Assembly (NCBI GenBank): GCA_965649765.1
Contig: OZ287749.1
Coordinates: forward strand, 64,108,001-64,172,000
Reading direction: 5' to 3'
DNA length: 64,000 bases
DNA from: Bispira polyomma
Lineage: Eukaryota
The notes under the pieces were generated by a model. It was not told the DNA's origin. It saw nothing but the letters and a program-made list of their open reading frames with translations, and ran no database searches. This document shows positions 37,726 through 51,699 of the stretch, piece after piece; within the stretch, counting starts at the first letter, position 1; each line of letters starts with the position of its first letter. Both the position numbers and the translations under genes were made by a program.

Positions 37726-40700
37726 TTATATATATTATACTTGTTATATTATCTAAGAAAGTGTGGATGGTTTGAGCTTGTTTCAGACTTGGAATTGAAA
37801 GTATGGTAGAAAACGGCTTTGGAAGTCATCAAGCGGCTTTGGAAATACTTTATCAGTTCACGAATCACCTTGAATATACAGTGTCATGGTCAAATTTGTG
37901 TTTGCTAATACTGTGTGTGTTTTTGCATAAAAAAGGTATAAACAAAACATACATTTTGACTGATTTTGGGCTCTCAATGATCTTCAGATCGAGCTCTGAG
38001 GTCCGATTTAAATAGGATGAGCTACACCCATATTTAAAATTTTGTCATATTTCCATCAATTCATTTTGTGAGTTAGAATGATGATATTGTTACTGTATGT
38101 GGGGCGATGGCAGAACACTGCTGAATCCATAGCATTGCCAGACCGTGGTGGAAATTTTAATATAAAATGAGTTTTTACACGTCACTCTGATGTATTGCTA
38201 TGTATTGTAGTTGCATTTCGGTGTTCTAAATTAGTGTCTCGTGACAGTTACTGCTCTTTGTTGACTACTGAATTTACCACTTTTGTGTAGTTTACTAAAA
38301 AAAAAAAAAGCAGCATTGCTGAAACATTCACGACGATATTGTAAGTTGTAACAAAAGCTTTAGCAATGTGATATCATGCCCCTAATACACCCCACATTTT
38401 TAAAAAAAAAATTGTTTTGAAAACCCTGTTTTTGAAATTTGAGCCTTTCCAGTTACATTTTAAACAGCAACAATGGTATTAAATGAAGCTTGGCATTTAA
38501 ATCTCGTGATAATTACATAGCTTTAAAGTCTTATAGTCGTGCTGTAAACATGATCTAGTGAAATGTTTGAAGAACCAATTGTCATACCTTTAAACAAAAC
38601 ATTTTATAAAAGTTTGAACATGACATGATGTTCTTTGGTGAGAAAAAAACCCGCGAACCACATATCACATCTCTTTACATCATAAAAGCTTTCACTTTTG
38701 TTTAGCTCTATTTAAAATTTTTAAAATATGATTTTTTAATCATATAGAGGTTTCAGGCTGTTATTTAACAACACAGTTTTTCTACCCTCAAAACTAAATT
38801 GCCCTAAATTGTTATTTAATATCATATAGTATTGTGTTTGTATGGTCCACCTTTATTCTATATGAGGTACCAATTAACACAAGCTCCTCTATTAAAAATA
38901 ATTAGCATGGTATTTCTTAAATATTCAACAGAAAAATTGCTGCAAGTGTTTATGAGTTTCAAATACTTTACATCCAAGTGAGCAGTGTTTAACCTCCCCC
39001 TCTACTTTAGTTCCTACCCATATAACTACTTGATCTGCGCCGGAAATGACAGAAATTAATGGTGTTTCCCAAGGGGAAAGGGGAGAATTTCCACAGATAT
39101 TGATTGGTAAAAACACCACCCCCTCCCATCCCCGCCCCCCTTGAGTTAGCCTGGTTCCTGAGACCAGCCAGCTCTACTGTCCATATTCTTGTTTGGAAAA
39201 GAGAGAGGGGGACACTGACATATTGTGGTTTTAACACTAGCACAGCTTACTCAGACTCTCACTCCCTCTCTGTGTGTAGCATGGATTAATCTCACTGCCT
39301 CTCTGGTAAATCCACAATTATTCAACCTCTTATCGTTGACAAGCCGGGCAATGGAAGCCACAAGTTTGACTGATTTTCAAAGCTTTACTATTTTTCGCCC
39401 CCAACAAATAAAATATTTTCCTTCGTTTTTTTCCTCCTGCTCCACATATTTTCTGTCCAATTTAAACAGATATATATCTATGTAACCCATATTTGTATTT
39501 TGTGGGTAATAGTGGATGGAAATAAATTGTTCTATATGCAGATGACACTCGCCAAAATTCATGTTTGCAGAAGTATTTTTGGTCGGTGTGCAACATGAGA
39601 TTAAGTGTGCATTGATCTATAAGAGATAGGGGAGCCAGAACCACAGCAATTATTCAGACTTTTTTGTCAATGGGGAGTTGAGCATAAAAAAATTATGAGA
39701 TTTGGGTTCCAAATTTGTATTGTATTTACTTAAGCTATAGAATCTTATGTTTGGTTTGGTCAAAATATACTTGCAACGTAAATGAACCTTATTTAGTAGC
39801 TTTGTCTCTTAAATGGTATGTATTTATATTTTTTGCTGTAAAAAAGTTTTAGAGCAACATTTGTTGTAAACTTTAGGATAAATGATTAAATTGCCTTTAA
39901 CACAGAGTTTGCAGAAACTTTACACTGATATCTGGCATACATATAAACGTGACAGATGGATCTACTGTAAGTGCAGTTTGCTTGCCTTGAGATATTAAAA
40001 CTATAATTTTTTTGTAAAATTGTCATTAGTTATTGCTGAAACGGATCACTGTGTTATTTGTATCAACAGCGATAGAAAAATAATTATGCTTAGATATTTA
40101 AAGCCGTTCCTTCGAAACCCTCCCAAAATAAACAGAAAACATTAAACACACTTGTTCTTTTCTCATTTTTTTTTCTTCAAGTTCTTAATCAAAACTACAA
40201 ATTCCTCCAATCATCCCTCCTTTATTGAATATACATCCAGTTTTTTAATAACACTATTCTGTTTAGAGCACACATAGGCCTGAAGGCCTAGTGCTCTTTC
40301 TTTCTTATTATTTGTGAACAAGACACTCAAGCACTGAGTCCTTGTAAGCTTTCATCCTGTCCTTTTCTTTATTTGTTGGCCACTGGATGAACGTTATACC
40401 CTCTAGCAAATTGAGAGATGCTTTCTTATACTTTTTTTTCTTCTTCATCTCTGGGACAAACTTAAGGTAAGTTTTGCCTGATTATATATTTCTTTTTTCT
40501 TTGTTTTCCCCCATTTCTAAAATATTTTAACAAACAGATCTATCATCTAATTCAACATAAATGATGACACTTGATCTATCACTTGCAAGGTCAGTCACAG
40601 ACAAGTGGTTTTCATGGAATGAATAATAAAAAATCCCCAATTTTCGCCCACCTTGCCTAAATGTCGTCTGCTTGTAACCCAGAGGGAGAAATATGAGGCG

Positions 40701-43519
40701 GGCTGCTTCTGGATCCTACCTACTGATAATGATTTTCGATTATGAGAGGACCTAGACAGTGTTTGCTTTATTTCTGGGGTGTCTCCTTTTTTTGTAATAG
40801 TCAATTTAAAGGAAATGATATGGTGCAGGGGGTGACTGTTCCAATACAAGAGGAAGTAGTGGTATTGGGTATGGGTCTATATTGAATTTTTTTATTAAAT
40901 AAAAATCTTATTATTTTTAAGAAAATCATTGAATGGTCGACACTAGCATATAACTATTCATGGTTAAATTATGAGTCAAAATTTCAAGCATGCAAAACAT
41001 ATATCAGAAGATGGATAACTTTTAATTGATAATTCATATTAAAAACAAATTATTAATAATAAGTTAGTGACGGAACTCAAATAGGAAATATGGTCAAGTT
41101 CAGCTAAAAGAAAACATGCCTCAAAAGTATTGAAAACCTCATGTCCAGAAAGTAATCCGTTTAACAAATTTCATATGAATAGACCTTCTGCCATCCTTTG
41201 AGCTTCAGAATAATGTTTCTGTTTTTTTTATATATATCTACCCAAGGAATATATATATATATATATGCTTAACATTAGCCTGCTAAGGCACTTAATGCTG
41301 TCTCGTACACATTTAAACCTTCATGCATGATCGAAATAAAAGAACTAGTGGACTTAGGTGATCTTTGTAGAGGTTCCATTACAGAGGTTCAATGGAAAAA
41401 ATACCCCAAACTTAAATTAGAAGGATACTCAGTAGAGTGCATACCTCATCTAAGGTACCATAATACCAAAAAAAATTTAACCACCACTAATAAAATAGCA
41501 ATTTTCTTATTATCATGGTAAGCACTTTCAATAGAGCTTTCGTTAAGAAAATCAAGTATGCAGCCAGGTTTAATATTTCCCTGGTATATTTTGAGATTAT
41601 TGTGAGAAAGACCAAGAACAAAGATTGTCTTTAATAAGGTAAGCAGTAAGTGCTATACATACACTATATAACAGAACTGTGTTAACTGAGCAACATGGGA
41701 AGAATCTGTCTGTAGAAAAGAAGATAAAATCACAGTCTTAACCATGCAAACTACCAGGAAAATATATGATTTGGATAATCAATACATGTGACTGTTTAGC
41801 AACTATAGTGATTCTATTATACCACCATAAATTGCACAATAAACAAAAAATTTATAAATATATCACTACCATAACATTTTAACTCTGACACAATATGCCT
41901 TACATAATACCTTGTAATGTTGTAATAACACATTTTAAAATCAAGATTTTGAGTTGCATTTATTAATCATTTTCCTACATGGTAATTCAATAAAGTTGAT
42001 GTGACAACGAAAAATAAACCCCATATTAATCTTGTGGTTCTATATCGGTCCCTGAAGTATCAAAGGGCTATTTTTTAAATCATCATCAAATTTTTCCTAT
42101 CACGTGACTATGTCTGAGGGTGTGTATAAAATAACTAGACCACGACACTTTGATGTATCAGTTTTCAATAGACTAGATGTTATGGTCCTTTACCAGGCAC
42201 TTCAATGAACTCCTGTATTGTCCATGACCAAGTCTTGAAAGTTTCAAATAAATATGTCTAAACACAGTGACAAGGGGTCAATGACGGTTTGATTGAAAAG
42301 CCAGAAAGTCAAGTGCCTTTGCCTTTAGAAGGATAGACTGTTACTTATTTTTAAAGGACATCCCTTGTTGACATGTAATGCTAGAAGCATTTAGATAGCA
42401 CCCTTCAATGATATGAAGTTATCTTTAGATGGCATGAAATGTGTTTCAAGAGCCACGTGATGTGTAAGATAAATACATTGCATGCATGCAACGACATGGG
42501 TGGTTTTAAATGTCATCATTTTGAACAACACATGCGTTGGTGTTATTATATCAATAAGACACCAGATTACTCAAGTTACTGATTGTGACAATTATATACC
42601 AGGAGGGACCATTGTTGATTATAGTGGCTATCTCACTTGCTTTGGAACATAGGGGACTTGGTTCAATCCCACCCAGGGGCTTTCAGGTACAGTTAGGGGA
42701 ATGGCATTTACTGGGTATTGGTAAGCTGCATTGATGGACATGTAACTGAATGCATTAAATCCCATTATGTGCTGACTATACATGTTTATTGCAAATACTT
42801 TAGTTCAGAGAGAGATTCAAGGATAAATAGTATACTAGATGTCATGATTGTATCTAGAATAAAGACCAGCAATTATTCAAAGTAAAGAATTAAGCATAAT
42901 AAAATATTTATTACTCAATTAATTTGAATATATATTTCTTGGCCAAATATTATGTCTTTTGATTGAAATGCTAGACCTGAGACATATATGGATCACCTTG
43001 CTGCCACTGTACCATAAATCCCTGTCACCACAGGTATGAAATAATTTAGTCTCCCTCTAATTCCGTCACTCCCTAGAGAGATAAAACATTTTAGTATCCC
43101 TATAATACCCTTACTCTAGGGGGATTATAAGATATGAAATAATTAAGTTTCTATTACCAGTTAGATACATTACGCACACTGTATCAATGTTTAAATGTTT
43201 ATTATATATATGGACTCAAGCCACAGGTATGTGACGTAAACGGGGGATATATATTAGAACTAAAAAGATTGTATAAAACATAAGTAGGATAAAGGTAAAA
43301 TGATTTGGCTGGCCATATTATAAGGTAACATGAATAACATTTAATCTTTGATCTTCCAAAAAGGCACAAGACATTAGGCTTATAGTGGTCATTACTCAAA
43401 TGTTGTTTTCTTGAATACAAATCTTGTCCATACTGGTTTCATTCTATGTACGTTTTATTACCCACAAATGTAAGGATATTATCATGATTCATGCATGTCT
43501 ATATGCTAGGTTGCAGTTC

Positions 43520-44200
43520 AGCCTGCGTGTAAATTAGTAAAATTACTAGTTCTTAGGGCGTGTCTATGCTTTATGCTAAGTTAAAAGCTACACTATAAAG
43601 TTGTTTCTGTCTTCTGTCAACTGCTTGTCATATACAACAGTTTAACATCAGTATAAGATCCGTTGCGTTAATTATTTATTACTTAAAGCTACTATTTTAG
43701 CTATGTCTTATTATATATACAATGATGTGCCCACATTAATGTCCATTCCAGTTCTGTCTTGGGGATCGCCCTTTTCTTGTTAACCAATCTGAATTACTGA
43801 CAATACTATAAGTTGCTTCCGGAGTAAGCAACTCTGGAGGGTAGGCAATTGTTACCAAGTTAATATTTTAATAATTTAAGCTACAAACCTCATAATGAGT
43901 TTACCCTGACAATAACCTATACCAGATCTTAAGAGCTATAAATAGAATATAGAAAGTTCCATCTGGGAAGCAAGCTGTGTAGTTCCTTACCAATGATTTC
44001 TATGAGGGGAAAGCATTCACACAAAGCCATATCCACAATAATGCTTCCTTCTATAATTACTCCCTTCTATCTTGATACAGTAGGTGTGAGTAACAGCTTA
44101 CCAGCTACTTCCTCTCTTTGTTCTAGCCAGCTAGTCACATATTTGGTACTCATTAATATTAATCAGAAGTCCAGGTAAGATAGAGTTATGATATAAAAGT
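43520..44200 (-). mobile_element. Highly degenerate CR1/L2-like reverse transcriptase relic
   Basis: Minus-strand remnants occur in RT order: LTPTVS (PISL..SK-like), RKQ, GDPQ (GVPQG-like) and SYTDVKLLY (YADD-like). Many stops and frameshifts. Confidence 0.4.
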
Positions 44201-44799
44201 ATTTCGTAAGTTATTGATAGTTTTTGCAGTTTTGCAATCTTCAACTAACCTTCCATATTAAGTTTGATCAACAAATGTATTTATTCTTCCGTAGATCTTA
44301 ATAATACCAGTTATAGCTATTATAACAATTTCTTAATTCCTTGTCTATATAATAGCAATCACCCATTTAGTAGTAGCCAGGAAGATGGACTAAACCATTT
44401 CCCACAATTCCTGGATCCTTCCTCAGGGCAGAGTTGGCTTGCATTGGGCAGAAGGATTCTAGATTCCACGCAGGCAACATCCCTTCTCCCTGTGTAAAAA
44501 CTTGTGTTAATAAAGTGGCTCATAGAAACTATAAAAATAAATGTTGTGTTGAATTGGAATTAGTGTGTTTGTTATTAACTTTAATGTTACCCAAAACAAC
44601 CCGGTAACATAGACCAAAGTGGCAGAATTGAAAAATGGAGAATCCATTAAAATTGTAAGTAAAAAAGGGCCGATCAAGATTACTGTGGGTTTTAGTTGGG
44701 AGGTATGCAAGTACTATTGAGTTCCCTTCTAGCTTCCCTTCTTAAGACAAGCTCACCTCATATATAATTTATAAATATTTATTTTTGCTATTTTATCTA

Positions 44800-45350
44800 T
44801 TGGGCCTGGATAATGAAACTTAATTCAAAGTCCAAATTTGCATTAGTATTAATATTTTACCTAAAATAGCCTATTTATATATATGTGACATCAAGATATA
44901 CCAGAAAATATCTATCACATTAAACTGCCGTGATCATAGCCAACACACTAGTTAGCCTGCGATTGGACTACTGCAAATATCTATTTCTTAAAAAACTACC
45001 AGTTGCAAATGCTACAGTCAATCCAGAATCACTTCTTTAGAGTTGTGTGCCATGTCGAATGTTCTGTTAATGTGATCACTTTCCTCGAAAGGCTTTACTG
45101 GCTTCCTATTAAGTACCAAATCATTTTGAAGACCAATGTCACTACTGTTGTTGCGCTTTAGAAGATGTCTGGCATAAATTTTGCATGTTAAAAATAATCG
45201 ATCAAAACATACTTAAAATTAATCCCATGATCCCATCTCTCATATGTATAGTAAATTTGTGAAATATTCTTCCAGCTAAAGTTTCTACTTTTGTATCATC
45301 TGGGCCTTGAGAAAACCTCTCTGTTGTCAAATATTTTTTGGGAAGTTTCA
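44800..45350 (+). mobile_element. Degenerate L2-clade LINE ORF2 fragment
   Basis: Frame-broken + strand translation: RKYLSH*TAVIIANTLVSLRLDYC...LQMLQSIQNHFFRVV...LERLYWLPIKYQIILK...VNL*NILP. Compare L2 LV.SRLDYCN...LQ.IQN.AARLV...LHWLPI..RI.FK...WN.LP. Confidence 0.78.
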
Positions 45351-46384
45351 GCCAGATCTGCACAAACCTATAAAAGCTACAAATAGTGAAAATGAATTCC
45401 AGTGGATACCAACAAAATTGTAAATAAGTCAAATTTTCTAAAATGTACACTTCCACAGTAGATGTACAAGATGTCTTCTTGACGGCCTCAAGAGAACACA
45501 TCTCTCTTCCAATACTTTTGACAGTTGTAACCAGGTCTCCACACCACCCTAATAAAAGATGCATTCCTTTAAATAGTTTCTCTCTCCCTCTGTGTCGTGT
45601 CTGACCATCCACTGCAGACTTCAGTTGGGGTATTGAGTGGGCAAAAACCTATACTAAAGGCTGGGCCACATATAGAAAGAAAAGAGTACAGTGGTATTCA
45701 CACTATGATGGAAAGAAGAGGTGGTTACAGGCGTTTTGGAGATCGCCTCATAGCACGGAAAAGTCCATAGTCGCCCGTTCAAGTCGGAAGTTTTGGGTAG
45801 AGTCAAAACTGTTAATTTTTTTTCTTATCCATTCATTATAATTGTATATTAAAAAAAATAACTTCCACCTCACTAATACAAAACAAGGCCGAAAAATCGA
45901 TATTGAGTATTGTCAATTCAGTACTGTAACCCTTCTGTCCCAGTTATCGGCAGTTGCTGTCCATGTCTGCCTGTTTCCGACTATTTCAGAGTGTTTTAGT
46001 TTCACAACTGTAACTGTTCCGTATCATATCCTTTTCCACCTGATTCCATCCATACAACTTATCTGGACATGTTTCAAGGGGCATAATACACCTTGATGGA
46101 ACAGCCGATTTCATAGGCGGAAAGACAGGTTACAATAAATTCTGCTAACTTTTGCTACCTCATTAACCTTGTGTTTGTGGAAACTTGTGTATAGCTAGCA
46201 ACACCTTGTAAGTCTGCGACAAATATGTAGCAGCAATGTCACAAACTGAATTGACCTTTAACAAAATAACGTCAACTTCTGACTATTATTCTACAGATGA
46301 AGATACAAATGGTTTATTTAAGTATATACGTATATATCTGGAGGCCGAAACGTAGTCACGCCTTTAATGTGTGGAATGGGTATT

Positions 46385-46735
46385 GCGGTCTCTGTGGCCT
46401 AATGGCTGGAGTGTCAGACTTTGGATTTCAGGTATTTTGAGAGCCAGGGTTCGATCCTTGCCTGCAGACCTGGAGAGTATACCCTTGGACAAGGTGCTTT
46501 ACACAAAGTTGTCCCTCTCTACCCAGGTATATAAATGGGTACCTGGCCGCTAATGGATGTTAGTCTTTGTGCGCCACATGTGGCAGCACGGCTAGTATGC
46601 TTCCTGAGGGAGATGAAACTAAACAATTGGTTGGCAAGTGAAAGAACCTAGGCAGGGGTAATAATTTGTAGTGTCAGTGATTATCTTTGGATAGATATTG
46701 GCACTTTATATACTGCAATTGTTATATTATTATTA
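46385..46735 (+). mobile_element. SINE family B, full length
   Basis: GTGGCCTAATGG A-box, GGTTCGATCC B-box, CCCTTGGACAAGGTGCTTTACACAAAG...CCCAGGTATATAAATGGGTACC domain and ATT tail. Confidence 0.88.
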
Positions 46736-47683
46736 GTACACATTTGCCGGTCAAATTCGCCATGGTCTGACTTAAGCATTATTACCAAACTCACCATGGG
46801 AGTACAGGGAGAGATGGCGGAGAAAGGAGCAGGGGGGCAAGGGGGGGGGCGGGGGGCTTGGAATGTATATATAGCCTGGGGTAGAAATCCATATAGAGAT
46901 CCACCCAAATGACCTTGCGGATGTCAGAGGTTGTTCTCTAGAGGCATGTGAGCAATGGGGCAGGTTTTGATGAGGGTTGGAGACCCTGCAGCTGATGGGT
47001 GTCTTCCTCCATATATACCCCAAGCAGACGACATTTGACAAAATTTATGGTAACCTTAGTTTTGTGTCAGTTGTGACACAATATGAGTAAGTGGGATATT
47101 CTTCAAAAACGTGCATTATTTATATTAATATCAAATAAGTACTTCAGGTACATATAAGCATGTAAGGGATTTTTTTCTGCATGGTGTGTATGGGATTTTT
47201 GACAGTTTTTTTTTTTTGGCGAAAAAAGTTTTCAAAAATAGAAATTTCAAAAAATAGGCTTCTTAAATTATTGATTTGCCATGTTGAAGCTGTGTGCATG
47301 AGTTATTATTTTTAACAGACAAAATCTGTCAAACAAGGACAAGGCCAAGCGTTGTTTTGAATGTTGAATAATATGCCATCTCAGAAATACCAGCTATAAT
47401 TTTAAATCCAAGAGATAGCTTTAAACATAACATAGTAAATTTTGTTTATGGCAAGACTGAAAATATCATTTTTAGTACTTGTACAGGGAAAAATAGTATT
47501 TTTTATCACATCTTAATGAAACAGACATTATCAATGATTACTTATATATTCAAGCTTTAATTGTTCCCCTGTGCAAGGTAAAATACTTAGAACATGATTT
47601 TATTGCAGCTGAGACTATCATATCAGAATAGCATATCCTAAAATACTGCTTTGGGATAGCTGAAGTTAAATGTTAAATATACT

Positions 47684-47933
47684 AAGAGCTTTAGGAAACA
47701 CAGAAACAATTTGATTTGTATATGACAACTCCTAATTCAAGGTCAGTTATGTTTGGGTCAACCAACTACATCAAAAAGTAGCAAACATAATCCTACTATA
47801 CTACTATACCAAGAGTTTTAGGAAACACAGAAACAATTTGATTTGTATATGACCACTCCTAATTCAAGGTCATTTTGTTTGGGTCAACCAACTACATCAA
47901 AAAGTAGCAAACATAATCCTACTATCCTACTAT
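47684..47933 (+). repeat. Near-perfect tandem duplication, 127-bp period
   Basis: AAGAG(C/T)TTTAGGAAACACAG... starts at 47684 and 47811, with a few substitutions and indels. Confidence 0.92.
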
Positions 47934-49889
47934 TGATTAAACACCATTAAACATCATCATTCAACTCTGTCACATGAGAATAAGCAAAAGTTGAGTTCCC
48001 CAAACCTCAGTAAACATCTTTAAAGCAAATGTTTAATTTGTCCAGGAAACAAAGAGACTAAGAAGAAATGTCAAGGCAAACAACAGGTTGTCATTAGGTC
48101 TAATAATGACATTTTAAGGAAGCAGAAGCCCCTGTAGATTTCTGACAGAAGTCTGGGAAACTGGCAGCTGCAAATTAGACTAGCACAAGTCAAAGATCAT
48201 AACTAGAAAAAACAACAAGAAATGGCTGAACTGAGAAAAAAATCCCAACTAAATATTAGATGTCATTAAAATGTCATGTAAAAAGAGGAAAATCCTAAAT
48301 TAAATTGACGCAGGTCTTAAAATAATGTAATGCATTTAATGCCAACAGGGAATTGTTTTGTTTGTTTTTTTATTCAGAAATAAGATCATATGTGATTGTC
48401 AGTCACGTATAATTCAGTTGTCATTTCCACTTAAGAACAAGAGAAAACATGGAGAAAATGGTATCTTAGAAGTAACTTCCATAAAAGAAAGCCTTGGAAA
48501 GGCTAAGTAGAGCTAATCATGCTCAGAACCAGGCTGTACACATAAAATTGTTACATTGATTTAATTTATCCACAGCTTTTTGTGATTGTTTTCAACAATC
48601 AAACAATGTAAGCCGAGCATCTCATATCCTCTACTTTCATTATTTGATGAAGACAAATAACTATATTGGTCTGTTTTATTTCCCATGCAATAGTCTCTTT
48701 TAAATGCTGCAGCATTTGCTGAAAAACATTGCAGGGCAATTGCAGTTACAATAGGTAGTTATCTTGTAGTAATTCCCTTACATTACAAAACTTTTGAAAG
48801 AGGCAAATATTTCATAGAAGATAGACCAGAGACACTTTGCTAAGCTTATTATATTTTGAACACAAGAGCAAGAGAGAGAAAGAAACTAATTTCTTTCATT
48901 AATGTAGACCCCATGTTTATATTCCCGGGGATGGCTAAGTCATCAGCATATGCAATTATATATATAAAAACATTCACTAAAGAAACTCTATAACCCGGTT
49001 TGTAAACTGATGACATCTTATGCATTTATATGAAAGAAATTCTTATACAAACCGAAGATTTACTATATTAATCATCATAGAAACATGTTAAATTACGTTT
49101 ACAAATATGATTTCTTTCAATTAGACATGTATAGTGTGTCAATAATTCTGGACCAAAACATAAAAGAAAGAGAGTCCCAAAAGGCCCAGCCTATTTGTGT
49201 GAGGAGATGCTAAAGTCCTCTATTCTCTTCTCTTCTCGACTAATCACATTTCCTTTTAAGTCTAGTGCAAGAGAAAATAAAGGCCACAAACTCTATGGAA
49301 CAAGTTATACAATGACAAACTTCCCACCAGACTCATTAAGGTTGAACACAAACAGCATTCCTTTCAGACCAGTGTTCTATTTTCTCGTTGGCTATTCCTA
49401 GTCTGGTTTCCTGAGGTTTATTTCAATGTTTGTCTTCAGTTGTCAGCAAGAAAAAATGTTCATATGCCATAAATATATGTCAATTCTAATGTCTTATTTT
49501 GATATGATATATGGTATGATATACTTATTATGTCTACGTCATTTCGATGTTCTTTAGTGGTTCGGAGGTTTTATCATATAAGGTATAGATTATCTCAATT
49601 TATCTCTGATCTAATGAATAACATCTCAATGGAATTATTTGGAACTTTTTACAAGACCATGCATGATGTGCAATTAACAATCTCAAAATTTTGAGAATAT
49701 ATAGTGGAATTTGCTTATTTAAATCTGAAGTACGGAGAGATGTAATTTGTACTGAAATTTAACCCCCTTCCCCTGTATAATCATATCGACAGATTAGATT
49801 ATTCGTAAATACAACCGTATATATAGCGCCTTAGTTCAGGTTTGGTTTAACTGAGCTAAAGTAGTCAATTGTTTAAAAACAAGATTAAT

Positions 49890-50106
49890 TAATTTGAAGC
49901 ACTTATACAGCGCCCAATTGATGACAATCATCCTCTAAAGCACTTGTCCTACCACATAGCAGTGGTTGTCATCAGTAAGCACTGGCATGTTCACATTGTG
50001 CCCAAGGATGTTGTACAACCAGTAACCACAATGGCATTGACTGGGAGTCGAACCATGGACACTTTCATTACCAGGTGAAACCCTTACCACTAGACTAAGG
50101 GAGACC
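49890..50106 (-). mobile_element. tRNA-derived CORE-like SINE (family D) with L2-type tail
   Basis: Minus strand: TAGTCTAGTGG A-box, GGTTCGACTCCC B-box, CATCCTTGGGCACAATGTGAAC and a GGCGCTGTATAAGTGC tail. A related fragment lies at about 4510-4625 (+). Confidence 0.7.
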
Positions 50107-50784
50107 TCGCTGAAAGAGATAGCTATTTTGAAAAGAACAAACGGTTAACACAAAAACATTACAACACCCTTACGAAATAACATGCTTTATGACTGTAATT
50201 AGATAACAATAATATAGTTGCTATTTATGGATATATTTTACTGAACGTTAACAGTTCAAGTGACACAAATTGAATTTTGTGTTAATTAATTATATTAGCC
50301 TTTTTGTACAGAAAATGTACACACACAAACAGAATATTTATTTCTGCGTAGCTTTCTTTCCCTGGTAGTTTTGCACCTGCTCACTCATTTGCCAGACGAC
50401 ATTTGAACTACGAGTTAGGCCAAATATTATTAATTCATAAATTTACAGTTTTGGAGAAATTTCTTAAACATATACGATCTAGCATATATAAATTGTAATT
50501 ATTTGTCAATAGGTCAAAATTAGAAGGTAAAGGACCTGGGTTTGATCCTAGCCTGGTGCGACTAGGTAGATACAGATATAATGGGGCTCTGATGACCATT
50601 TTAGAATTACGGTTGTGCAGTCAAGAAAATGCAATTTGAACTTTAAATAAACTAGATAAAGGTAGCTACATTTGTTGAGTATAAATTTAAATACAACATA
50701 AATACATATCATGCAATATGGGTGTCATTATTATTTATATCCAGCAAAAAAGCTATCAATTACTTAAATTGGTACAGCATGAGC

Positions 50785-51498
50785 ATCAACTCACAGACAA
50801 ACTCAAATATAAAGTCCCCAATATCTCTGGCTAGTGTTAAATTAAATAAAATATGAATGCATATTTGAATTCAGCGCTGAAATCTCTATTAAAATGAATG
50901 GTCCCAAGAATAGGTTTATCCCAGGGACAATTACTTTTCACATGGCCTTCATTTAACTTGCGGGCCACGGTGGCCTAGTGGTTAGCAAGCATTGCGCTTC
51001 ACAATCACTGGTCTCTCCCCTCTGGGCGGCGTGAGTTTGAATCCCACCGATGCCTATGTGGGAAAGGTGGTAGTTCCTTACTGGGGGCCGCTGGTTTCTC
51101 TGCAGAACCTTGACCGACTGTATGCAGTGTTTCCTCCAGCGTTTCCAACTACCCATCCCAATATAACCTACTAAAAGGTACCAGAGTGGACGTTAAATAT
51201 CCAAATTCATTCAAATTCATTTAACTTGCATCTAAGTTTCATCTTGAGTTTCTTTGTATAATAAATACTCACAAGTATTGGTCAAACTCCCCATTGCTCC
51301 ACTAACTACTCAAGCTCAGATCTGAGTTGTCCCTACATATATCTGCCAAAAACTTGGGAGATAAATACAATCTGACTATATTTGAATTCAGCACTAAAAA
51401 CTCTACTAAATTGGATGGTCAAGAGTGTAGGTTATTTCTACAGCTATTTTCAGCTGGCTCATTGTTTGAGCTTGAGTTTCTCTTGAGAATTATGGGCC
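50785..51498. mobile_element. Two adjacent degenerate MITE M2 copies; the first is interrupted by SINE A
   Basis: The M2 internal motif ATATTTGAATTCAGC...CTCTA(T/C)TAAA...ATGGTC occurs at about 50860-50905 and about 51378-51420. The right TIR-like GAGAATTATGGGCC plus CAG ends at 51501. Confidence 0.62.
50962..51215 (+). mobile_element. tRNA-derived SINE family A, full length, inserted in a MITE
   Basis: Same body as the 6788 copy. 14-bp TSD TTCATTTAACTTGC at 50948-50961 and 51216-51229. Confidence 0.92.
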
Positions 51499-51699
51499 CA
51501 GATTTTTTTTAGTCCTACTGATAAACACCAACAACAAAAACAGTAAAGTGGGCACCAGGAGGAACAGCAGAGAAGTAGCTAAGAAGCTATCAACTGTTTT
51601 GTCTCCATGGAGATTAATTATCTGCTCAAAGGTAGACAGTCCATAGCTTTTTTTTTATCTAACCTCTGAGAAATCAAAGGGCACCAGTTCAGAAGTTAT

